Assembly: GCA_049324195.1 (NCBI GenBank)
Contig: JBMOKZ010000410.1
Coordinates: 1-39,145 of the forward strand
Direction of reading: 5' to 3'
From: Candidatus Zixiibacteriota bacterium
Lineage (GTDB): Bacteria > Zixibacteria > MSB-5A5 > GN15 > FEB-12
Length of the DNA: 39,145 bases
A program made the translations under genes and the position numbers. Shown piece after piece: positions 1-7,103 of this stretch. Every line of letters begins with the position of its first letter. The first letter of the stretch is position 1. A model generated the notes under the pieces. That model saw nothing but the letters and a program-made list of their open reading frames with translations, ran no database searches and was not told the DNA's origin.

Positions 1-2
1 TG

Positions 3-371
3 CGAACTCTGGCCGGCCGAATCGATCGCAGCTACGGCGTAATAATAAGTGTACCCGTTATGGGCGGTATTGTCGGTGTAACCGTAAATGTTGGTCGAAG
101 GTCTCGGGTAAGGGTCGACATAACCGATGGGTTCATAATTATCGATAGGTTCGTCGGAACGATACACGACATATTCATAAACATCGACATCATAAAGCCC
201 GTCCCACAACACCGTGACGGCGTTATTACCGGTAACCGAGGTTACTCCCTGGGGAGCGGTCGGGGGGACATCGACATAATGATAAGATATGATATCGTCA
301 CAGTCATCATCACAACCGCTGATAGCAAAAAAAGTCAGAACGACTATCGATAGGATAAACAGCTTTTTCAT
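3..371 (-). CDS. Lipoprotein with a fibronectin type III-like domain (3' end runs off the window; absent from the ORF track)
   Basis: Manual translation from the ATG at 371, which follows an AAGGAG RBS: MKKLFILSIVVLTFFAISGC (lipobox), then PPTAPQGVTSVTGNNAVTVLW...YVVYRS...YTDNTAHNGYTYYYAVAAIDSAG, an FN3-type pattern. Confidence 0.85.
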   Translation of the reverse strand, partial: MKKLFILSIVVLTFFAISGCDDDCDDIISYHYVDVPPTAPQGVTSVTGNNAVTVLWDGLYDVDVYEYVVYRSDEPIDNYEPIGYVDPYPRPSTNIYGYTDNTAHNGYTYYYAVAAIDSAGQSS

Positions 372-414
372 GTCAATTACTCCTTAAAATCTTTACTATT
401 TAGACAAATTAGAA

Positions 415-430
415 TCAATAAGCGTGCCCA
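415..430 (-). promoter_or_regulatory. Putative sigma54 (-24/-12) promoter of the lipoprotein gene
   Basis: Minus strand reads TGGGCACGCTTATTGA, i.e. GG-CACGCTTATT-GA. It matches TGGCACG-N4-TTGC except for C>A at -12 and the base before GG, and lies 44 nt upstream of the ATG. Confidence 0.65.
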
Positions 431-494
431 AAATGGTAACACATTATTATACAACAGGATACAGTTCGCTTCCGATTATTTTGACACATATATT

Positions 495-542
495 TGCACA
501 TTTTTTGTGCATCGAAAAAAAGAATGGCACAATTTATGTGTA
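495..542. promoter_or_regulatory. Tandem NtrC-family enhancer (UAS) palindromes
   Basis: TGCAC-N7-GTGCA (495-511, perfect) and GGCAC-N7-GTGTA (526-542), with centres 31 bp apart, upstream of the sigma54-like promoter. Confidence 0.7.
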
Positions 543-1892
543 TCAGTTCTGAGACAGATTATATTCTTTTATCTTGGCACGCAGGGTATTTCGATGGATT
601 CCGAGAGTCTCCGCGGTTTGACCGATATTCCAGTCCAGGCGGTCCAGACAGAATTTGATGTGGTTTTTTTCGATTTCACTGAGAAGTTTCAATTCCCCTC
701 CGACCGGAGCCGCTCCGGCACTGGCCAGACCGCTCAAGTCCCGGCGGGTGATATACGACGAAGAGGTTAACACGATAGCCCGCTCGATAATGTTTTCCAG
801 TTCCCTGACATTGCCGGGCCAGATGTACGAAGTCAACATCGCAGCGGCTTCGTTGTCGATACCCGTAACCGGCTTTCCGATTTTCTTGGCGTATTTTTCA
901 ACGAATTTCCGGGCCAGCAGTAAAATGTCTCCAGTTCGTTCGGCTAGCGGCGGCAGGTGTACTTTGATGACATTCAGCCGGTAAAACAGGTCCTCCCGGA
1001 ATTTCCCGTCCTTAATCAGCTGTTCCAGGTCGCGGTTGGTGGCGGCGATTATGCGAATATCAAGCGCGATTTCACTGACCGAACCCAGTCGCTCGATTTT
1101 TCTTTCCTCAAGCACGCGCAGGAGCTTGACCTGCATCGTCAGCGGCATCTCGCCGATTTCATCTAGAAAAAGCGTCCCACCCTCGGCCAGCTCGAATCGT
1201 CCCTGTTTGGCTTTCTCAGCTCCGGTGAAAGCACCTTTTTCATAACCGAACAGCTCTGATTCCAGCAGATTTTCCGGAAAGGCGGCGCAGTTGATAGCCA
1301 CCAGTCGTTTTTCCGCCCGAGAGGAATTGGCATGAATCGCCCTGGCAACCAGTTCCTTGCCGGTGCCCGAAGGTCCCGTGATTAACACCGTCGCGTCCCT
1401 GGGCGCCACCAGTGAAATCATTTTCTTTATTTCCCTGATAGCCGGAGAATCGCCGATGATTTCCGACGAGGGAAAGAATTCATCCAGTCGTCTGCTCATA
1501 ACCTGATTGTCAATCACCAGCCGGTTGGCGGCGGCGGCCTTTTCCAGTTTCAATAGCAGTTCATCGAGGTCCTCGACCGGTTTCGTCAAATAATCGTAAG
1601 CGCCCGCTCTCATCGCGCTCACGGCTGATTCCACCGAACCGAAAGCCGTCAAGACAATCACCTGGATAAACGGATTTATTTCTCTCAACCGGCTCAACAG
1701 ATCCAGACCGTTCATGCCCGGCATTTTCATGTCGACCAGGGCGATCGGCGAGAACAACTGCCGATAAATAGCCAGGGCTTCCTCAGCGCTGCCGGCGGCG
1801 GTCACCTGAAAATTCTTTTTAGTCAGGTATCCGGCCAGAAGCTCCCGCTGACCCGGTTCGTCGTCAACTATCAAAAGTTTGATGTCTTTCAT
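543..1892 (-). CDS. Sigma54-dependent two-component response regulator (NtrC/AtoC/ZraR family): REC-AAA+-Fis HTH
   Basis: LIVDDE and LVDMKMP receiver motifs; GPSGTGKE Walker A; [15 protein letters not shown]; LFLDEIGE; [10 protein letters not shown]; C-terminal [15 protein letters not shown]. Confidence 0.97.
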   Translation of the reverse strand: MKDIKLLIVDDEPGQRELLAGYLTKKNFQVTAAGSAEEALAIYRQLFSPIALVDMKMPGMNGLDLLSRLREINPFIQVIVLTAFGSVESAVSAMRAGAYDYLTKPVEDLDELLLKLEKAAAANRLVIDNQVMSRRLDEFFPSSEIIGDSPAIREIKKMISLVAPRDATVLITGPSGTGKELVARAIHANSSRAEKRLVAINCAAFPENLLESELFGYEKGAFTGAEKAKQGRFELAEGGTLFLDEIGEMPLTMQVKLLRVLEERKIERLGSVSEIALDIRIIAATNRDLEQLIKDGKFREDLFYRLNVIKVHLPPLAERTGDILLLARKFVEKYAKKIGKPVTGIDNEAAAMLTSYIWPGNVRELENIIERAIVLTSSSYITRRDLSGLASAGAAPVGGELKLLSEIEKNHIKFCLDRLDWNIGQTAETLGIHRNTLRAKIKEYNLSQN

Positions 1893-1930
1893 CTCCCCTG
1901 AAGTAAAACAGAACGTGAAGGAAAAAAAAC

Positions 1931-1957
1931 AAAAAAAACCCGCCTTGAAGGCGGGTT
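1931..1957 (-). terminator. Rho-independent terminator downstream of the beta-barrel gene
   Basis: Inverted repeat AACCCGCCTT-G-AAGGCGGGTT (1937-1957) followed by a T-run on the minus strand. Confidence 0.85.
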
Positions 1958-1982
1958 CGAATATTTTACCTTTGTCTCTCCA

Positions 1983-2690
1983 TCATTCGGCGCCGAAATA
2001 AACGCTCACCCCGGCATGAATATCGAAAATCATGGCGTTTTCATCAAAAATATAAGTATTGTTGTAGAATTCCTTTTCGGCGTCTTTACCGGCGGAATAA
2101 TGCATATTACACTCGAGAAAGAGACCGCTGAAATCCGAGGTATAGTAAAATATGCCGCCGCCGAAACCGAAAGCCAGATTCGGGTCATAAGAAAGAGCAC
2201 GGTAACGGGTTACACTGCCCTCCTGGTCGATCAGGGTGGTGAATTTGGCGTTGTCGATACCGATATGCCCCTTGACATAAGGTACCAATTGCGATTCCCC
2301 GAAGAAATAATATTTAAGATACAAGCTGGGGTTGTAATAACGATGAGATAGACCTTCCGGAGAAGTGCCTAAGGTAACGAAAGAAACACCGGGGATCCCG
2401 TTACTACCGGTGATGGTCGGGTCGCTGGGCACATCAATACTCAATTCGTAATAAGTAAAGTTCAAACCCAGGACGAGATTAGGCGTCACGAAATAACCGA
2501 CTTCGAGTCCCGTATTCCAGCCCAAACCGGCTCCGAGAGAATCGTGCCAGTCGGTCACGCCGCCGACCGGTAATCCCAGACCGCCGAAGACGATGACTTC
2601 CAAATCATCCTTTACTTCCTCTTCCTGCGCATTGACCACACTTAACGACAGAAGCAAAAATACCATAAGAAGTATTGATATTTTTTTCAT
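1983..2690 (-). CDS. Outer-membrane beta-barrel protein (OmpA/OmpW-like small barrel)
   Basis: Start reassigned to MKKISILL (2690, GAGGA RBS). It has a signal peptide, alternating amphipathic strands (GLEVGYF, LVPYVKGHIG, FGFGGGIFYY) and a terminal strand HAGVSVYF. Confidence 0.85.
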   Translation of the reverse strand: MKKISILLMVFLLLSLSVVNAQEEEVKDDLEVIVFGGLGLPVGGVTDWHDSLGAGLGWNTGLEVGYFVTPNLVLGLNFTYYELSIDVPSDPTITGSNGIPGVSFVTLGTSPEGLSHRYYNPSLYLKYYFFGESQLVPYVKGHIGIDNAKFTTLIDQEGSVTRYRALSYDPNLAFGFGGGIFYYTSDFSGLFLECNMHYSAGKDAEKEFYNNTYIFDENAMIFDIHAGVSVYFGAE

Positions 2691-2948
2691 TACCACATCC
2701 TCAAATTTATATCGTGCTATTTTTCCAAATCCATAAATTTCATCAAACAAAAACTGAAAATAATGAATAAATAGACTGTTTGTCAATAGATTAAATTGGC
2801 TGAATTACAATAATTTGTAATATTTAAATCGGCACGGGACAACGAGAAAGAGAGAAATCTCTCCGGGGTACAAGTTCTTTTTAAAAACTAGTTGTTCTTT
2901 GATGAATTTATTTTTAAATTTATAATTTATAGAAAAATGGGAGAAAAC

Positions 2949-4250
2949 ATGAAAATACTCGTGATCGGTTCCGGAGGGCGGGAACATGCCCTTGTCTGGA
3001 AACTGAAGCAATCAAAAAAAGTCGAGAAAATATTCTGTGCGCCGGGAAACGGGGGGATTTCGTTACAGGCCAAATGTATCAATATAAAAGTTGACAATAT
3101 CAAAACTTTAGCGGATTTCGCCATCCGCAATAAAATAAATCTCACCGTGGTTGGTCCCGAACAGCCGCTGGCGCTGGGAATTGTCGATGAATTCCAGAAA
3201 CGGAAGTTGAAAATTTTCGGACCGGAGAAAAAAGCCGCCCAGCTCGAGAGCAGCAAGGTTTTCGCCAAGCAGTTTATGCAGAGAAATCATATCCCCACCG
3301 CTCCGTTCAGAATCTTCAACTCGCACGCCGAAGCGATCGGCTTTTGCAAATCGGTCGAATACCCGATTGTCATCAAGGCTGATGGCCTCGCGGCTGGTAA
3401 GGGTGTGATTATCGTTAAAAGTTACGAGGACGCCTGCAACATTATCGAGTCCATCATGCTCAAAAACATTTTCGGCAAGGCCGGCGAACAAATCGTAATC
3501 GAATCTTTTTTGCGCGGCCAGGAGATTTCCATCATGGCCATCACCGACGGCAAGACCATTCTGCCGCTTTTGTCCAGCCAGGATCACAAGCAGGCATATG
3601 ACGGCGACCAGGGTCCCAACACCGGTGGCATGGGCGCCTATTGCCCCACGAACTTCGTCAATGACGAGATAATGGAACATATCGAAGATTTCATCCTCAA
3701 ACCCACTATCGCCGGTCTGCGCAACGAAAATATTACCTACCGCGGTGTTATCTATTGCGGTCTTATTCTAACCGAGAACGGCCCCAAGGTGCTGGAGTAC
3801 AATTGCCGCTTCGGTGACCCCGAGACCCAGGCGGTTTTACCAATGCTGAAAAGCGACCTGGTGGAAATCATGACCGCCGTCACGGACAAAAAGTTAAGCA
3901 GTGTCCCGAAACTTGAATGGCGCCGCGGTTTTTCCGCTTGTGTGGTGATGACCTCACGGGGATATCCGGGGAAATATGAAACCGGCCACCAGATTTCCGG
4001 TTTGAAAAAATCCTGGACGAACGGGAATTTCGTTTTCCATGCCGGCACCCGCAAGGACAATAACAACTTTTACACTGCCGGTGGGCGGGTTCTGGGCGTA
4101 ATCGGACTCAACAATAATCTGAAAAGCGCCATAAACAGCGCTTACAGTCTGGTAAAAAAGATAAAATACGAAGGAGCGACTTATCGCCGGGATATCGGTT
4201 TCCGGGCTTTTCAGCCGACCGAAACGGCAAACGTCGTTAATGATGGCTAA
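2949..4250 (+). CDS. purD: Phosphoribosylamine--glycine ligase
   Basis: MKILVIGSGGREHAL, APGNGG, KADGLAAGKGV, GPNTGGMGAY, EYNCRFGDPETQ, FHAGT, GGRVL. Start set at the ATG at 2949. Confidence 0.98.
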   Translation: MKILVIGSGGREHALVWKLKQSKKVEKIFCAPGNGGISLQAKCINIKVDNIKTLADFAIRNKINLTVVGPEQPLALGIVDEFQKRKLKIFGPEKKAAQLESSKVFAKQFMQRNHIPTAPFRIFNSHAEAIGFCKSVEYPIVIKADGLAAGKGVIIVKSYEDACNIIESIMLKNIFGKAGEQIVIESFLRGQEISIMAITDGKTILPLLSSQDHKQAYDGDQGPNTGGMGAYCPTNFVNDEIMEHIEDFILKPTIAGLRNENITYRGVIYCGLILTENGPKVLEYNCRFGDPETQAVLPMLKSDLVEIMTAVTDKKLSSVPKLEWRRGFSACVVMTSRGYPGKYETGHQISGLKKSWTNGNFVFHAGTRKDNNNFYTAGGRVLGVIGLNNNLKSAINSAYSLVKKIKYEGATYRRDIGFRAFQPTETANVVNDG

Positions 4251-4689
4251 AGTACTTATTATAATCGGATCGAAATCCGATATGGAATACGCCGAGAAAT
4301 GTCAAAGCCAGCTCAAAACCCTGGAGATTGACAGTGATATCGAGATATCCTCGGCTCATCGACATCCGACCAAAACAGCTGAGCTGACAGCCGGCGCCGA
4401 GAAGAAAGGCTATGAAGCCATTATTGCCATGGCCGGTCTGGCCGCGGCTCTGCCGGGTGTGGCTGCGGCTCATTCCCAGTTGCCGGTTATCGGCGTTCCT
4501 CTCCCGGCCGCCCTGGGCGGTATGGATTCGTTGTTGTCAATCGCCCAAATGCCCCCGGGTATTCCGGTGGCTACGGTCGGCATCGGCCTACCGGGCGCCA
4601 AAAACGCGGCGGTTTTGACGGCCCGTATCCTGGCTCTGAAACATCCCGATATCAAAAAAGCCCTGGAGGATTATCGAAAAACCCTGTAA
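4240..4689 (+). CDS. purE: N5-CAIR mutase / AIR carboxylase
   Basis: GSKSD, SAHRHP, AGLAAALPG, PVIGVP, QMPPGIPVATV, NAA motifs; overlaps the purD stop. Confidence 0.97.
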   Translation: MMAKVLIIIGSKSDMEYAEKCQSQLKTLEIDSDIEISSAHRHPTKTAELTAGAEKKGYEAIIAMAGLAAALPGVAAAHSQLPVIGVPLPAALGGMDSLLSIAQMPPGIPVATVGIGLPGAKNAAVLTARILALKHPDIKKALEDYRKTL

Positions 4690-4764
4690 ACTTTTTTGAA
4701 CAAACCGGTAATAAATTTGTATTAAAATGTAGGAAATTATATAAACTGATTGAAAGGAGATCAG

Positions 4765-5673
4765 ATGGTAAAATCCAGTTATCTTAAGTCTATCTGCGCT
4801 TTATCCTTACTTTTATTCATTCTGGGAAGCCTGCCTTCTGTATCGCTTGCCGAGAACGACCCCGAAAAAGCCAAAGAAATGTACAATGAAGGTATTACAG
4901 CCGTAAAAGAAGGCAACAACGAAAAGGCTATCCTCTCCTATAAAACAGCCATTCAGCTCGACCCTGAATTTCTGGATGCCTATCTGAACCTGGGAGCGCT
5001 GTATTTCAAGGAAAAAATGTATGATGATGCTCAGGAAATGTTTAAAAAGGTCGTCGAAAAGGATTCTAAAAATATCGATGCTCTGGCCAATATGGGTCGG
5101 GTCGATTTCAAACTGAAACGATATCCCGAAGCGATAGAATCCTTCAATGCCGCGATCGCCCTCAATGCCAACCAGGCCGATTTGTACAAGGAACTGGCCA
5201 AAGCTTATTATTCCACCAACAAATATACCGAAGCTGCCGGCACACTGGAGAAAAGCCACGAACTCGGAGGTGGTGACGATTACACCTATTACCTGTTGGG
5301 TAAAAGCTATCAGAACCTTGAAAAGAACAACGAAGCGGTCGCCGCTTTGAAGAAAGCTCTCGAGCTCAACGGCGACAACGCCAACGCCAACTTCGCGCTT
5401 GGTCAGATTTACTTGAGTCAGGAAAAATTCGTCAATGCTGCCGGTGCGTTCAAAGCCGCCCATCAGTCGGACCCCAATAAATATCTGGCGATGTACAACT
5501 ACGCGATTGCGGTGGAATCCAACGACCCGGAAGCGATCGATACCAACATCAAGAACTGGGAAGATTTCATCCGTCTGGCGAAAAAGAATCCGCGGGCTAA
5601 AACCGTACTGGCCCAGGCCGAACAGCACGTTAAGGAACTTAAGGACCGCAAGGAAAAACTGGATATCCAGTAA
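4765..5673 (+). CDS. Exported tetratricopeptide-repeat protein
   Basis: AAAGGAG RBS before the ATG at 4765, a signal peptide ending SLA, and about 6-7 TPR motifs (AYLNLGALY, ALANMGRV, YYLLGKSY, ANFALGQIY). Confidence 0.9.
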   Translation: MVKSSYLKSICALSLLLFILGSLPSVSLAENDPEKAKEMYNEGITAVKEGNNEKAILSYKTAIQLDPEFLDAYLNLGALYFKEKMYDDAQEMFKKVVEKDSKNIDALANMGRVDFKLKRYPEAIESFNAAIALNANQADLYKELAKAYYSTNKYTEAAGTLEKSHELGGGDDYTYYLLGKSYQNLEKNNEAVAALKKALELNGDNANANFALGQIYLSQEKFVNAAGAFKAAHQSDPNKYLAMYNYAIAVESNDPEAIDTNIKNWEDFIRLAKKNPRAKTVLAQAEQHVKELKDRKEKLDIQ

Positions 5674-5686
5674 TTCCGTCCAAGGC

Positions 5687-5720
5687 AAAAAAAAACCCTG
5701 ACCTCGGTCAGGGTTTTTTT
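5687..5720. terminator. Bidirectional Rho-independent terminator
   Basis: A9-CCCTGACC-TC-GGTCAGGG-T7, located between convergent genes. Confidence 0.92.
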
Positions 5721-5740
5721 ATGCCTGCGCCGGCCGGATT

Positions 5741-6991
5741 TTATTTGTCAAACTCTACGCGGTTGAACTCATCCCATTCCACCAGAATATCATCGCCGTC
5801 GTCCGCCGTGATGAAAATGCCCTTGTTGTCTTCATCGATATCGTTGGATTCTCTCAATGAGAAAGTTCGGCCGTCCCACAGCGTCACCTCAGCACCACGA
5901 TACGATTGTTTCTGAATTTGCTTGATGTTTCCGAATTCGATATTGAAATCTATATCCCGGCTGTTGCCGTCGAGAATCTCCCAGGAATATTCCTCGTCGT
6001 TGTCCCAGCGAATCAGACCCTTATAGGAATCGCCGTCTTCCGTATAAACCGTTCCTTTCAGGGGATGCCCGCCGTCAAACCGGTCATAGCCGATTTTATT
6101 CGGCGCTTTGTCGAAATCCAGCCTATCGAAATCGTCCCACTCCACCTGGACATCGCCGAGATTGGGATCGGAAATGACGATCCCGCGGTTGTCGTCGTCG
6201 ACATCGTTGGTGCCGCGCAAAATCATCTCATCGCCGCTTTTCAATATCACGCTGGCACCGCTGGAGCTGTAGCGTTCGATAGCCTGAATCTTGTCAAATT
6301 TAACTTTTCTCTTGCGGTTGTCATCGTTGCCGTCGAGCACGTCATCTTCAAAGAGTTCATCGATATCCCAGCAAACAAAACCGGAGAATTTCTCACCGCG
6401 CCGGGTCGTGAGCGTACCATAAAGACGTTCCCCGAAAACCGACGGATCCGTATCCGGAGCGGACATGAACTCGATACTCTCGATATCGTCCCAGACCAGT
6501 TCCATCTCTCCCTCGTCTTTATCCTCGATGACAATCTCCCGGATGCTGGTGCCGATATCAGTCGAGTTGTTTTCCAGTTCCACTTCCTCGCCCGATTTCA
6601 ATATCAAAAGCACCGCGTCGTCATCTACCATTTCCATCTGCTTGATATGACCAAATCTGATGCCCGACTGGGCGCGGTCGGAATAGAAAATGTTGTCCTC
6701 GTCGGAATCGATAATCTGCATACCGAACAGTTTGATGGATTTGTGTCTTGAGCTATAATTCTTTCGCGATTCGCGGTCCATCTCACGTAAATTATTTTTG
6801 GATAATTCTTTATCACCGTTGAGGATATCCACCCAGCAACCTTCGTTCTTATCCCACCGAATCATTCCTTCCAGAATATCACCGTCAACCGTGGTTATCT
6901 TGCCGTAAAGTCGGTCACTGTTGTCAGCTTTCGCGTCTGTCGTCGCCAACAATACCATCCCGAGTAGCAACACGATTTTATAAAATTTCAT
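5741..6991 (-). CDS. Exported acidic protein of unknown function with three internal repeats of about 110-150 aa
   Basis: GGAGGAG RBS and a signal peptide (AKA). Repeats start LYGKITTVDGDILEGMIRWD, LYGTLTTRRGEKFSGFVCWD and LKGTVYTEDGDSYKGLIRWD, and each ends in a VxWD(D/E)xxxxxF motif. Confidence 0.85.
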   Translation of the reverse strand: MKFYKIVLLLGMVLLATTDAKADNSDRLYGKITTVDGDILEGMIRWDKNEGCWVDILNGDKELSKNNLREMDRESRKNYSSRHKSIKLFGMQIIDSDEDNIFYSDRAQSGIRFGHIKQMEMVDDDAVLLILKSGEEVELENNSTDIGTSIREIVIEDKDEGEMELVWDDIESIEFMSAPDTDPSVFGERLYGTLTTRRGEKFSGFVCWDIDELFEDDVLDGNDDNRKRKVKFDKIQAIERYSSSGASVILKSGDEMILRGTNDVDDDNRGIVISDPNLGDVQVEWDDFDRLDFDKAPNKIGYDRFDGGHPLKGTVYTEDGDSYKGLIRWDNDEEYSWEILDGNSRDIDFNIEFGNIKQIQKQSYRGAEVTLWDGRTFSLRESNDIDEDNKGIFITADDGDDILVEWDEFNRVEFDK

Positions 6992-7038
6992 TACTCCTCC
7001 GCAGTCATATATTTATATTTCTTCTTTTCTATCCCTTA

Positions 7039-7065
7039 TTACGACCACGGGTAAAAAAGGTTACA
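7039..7065 (-). promoter_or_regulatory. Putative ECF sigma-factor promoter
   Basis: Minus strand TGTAAC-N16-CGTAA, resembling SigW/SigX-type AAC/CGT promoters, about 50 nt upstream of the ATG at 6991. Confidence 0.6.
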
Positions 7066-7103
7066 ATTTTTCTAACTAATTGAAGGAAAATGAAATAAAA
7101 ATG

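Noticed and set aside
60-353. 97-aa plus-strand ORF
   Set aside because: It is the antisense shadow of the minus-strand lipoprotein (3-371), which has an RBS, a lipobox and an FN3 pattern.
525-540. Plus-strand TGGCAC as a sigma54 -24 box
   Set aside because: The -12 position reads GT, and no credible plus-strand gene follows. It is better explained as the second enhancer palindrome.
2691-2948. Longer N-termini in the ORF track (2786 for the barrel, 2892 for purD; likewise 4750, 21868, 22828 and 37658)
   Set aside because: The extensions run through AT-rich promoter DNA or overlap neighbouring genes. Downstream ATGs have RBSs or match the family N-terminus.
4685-4712. TGTAAA-N16-GGTAAT resembling the ECF promoter at 7039-7065
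   Set aside because: Both diagnostic cores (AAC and CGT) are mismatched and the element overlaps the purE stop, so it is too weak to call.
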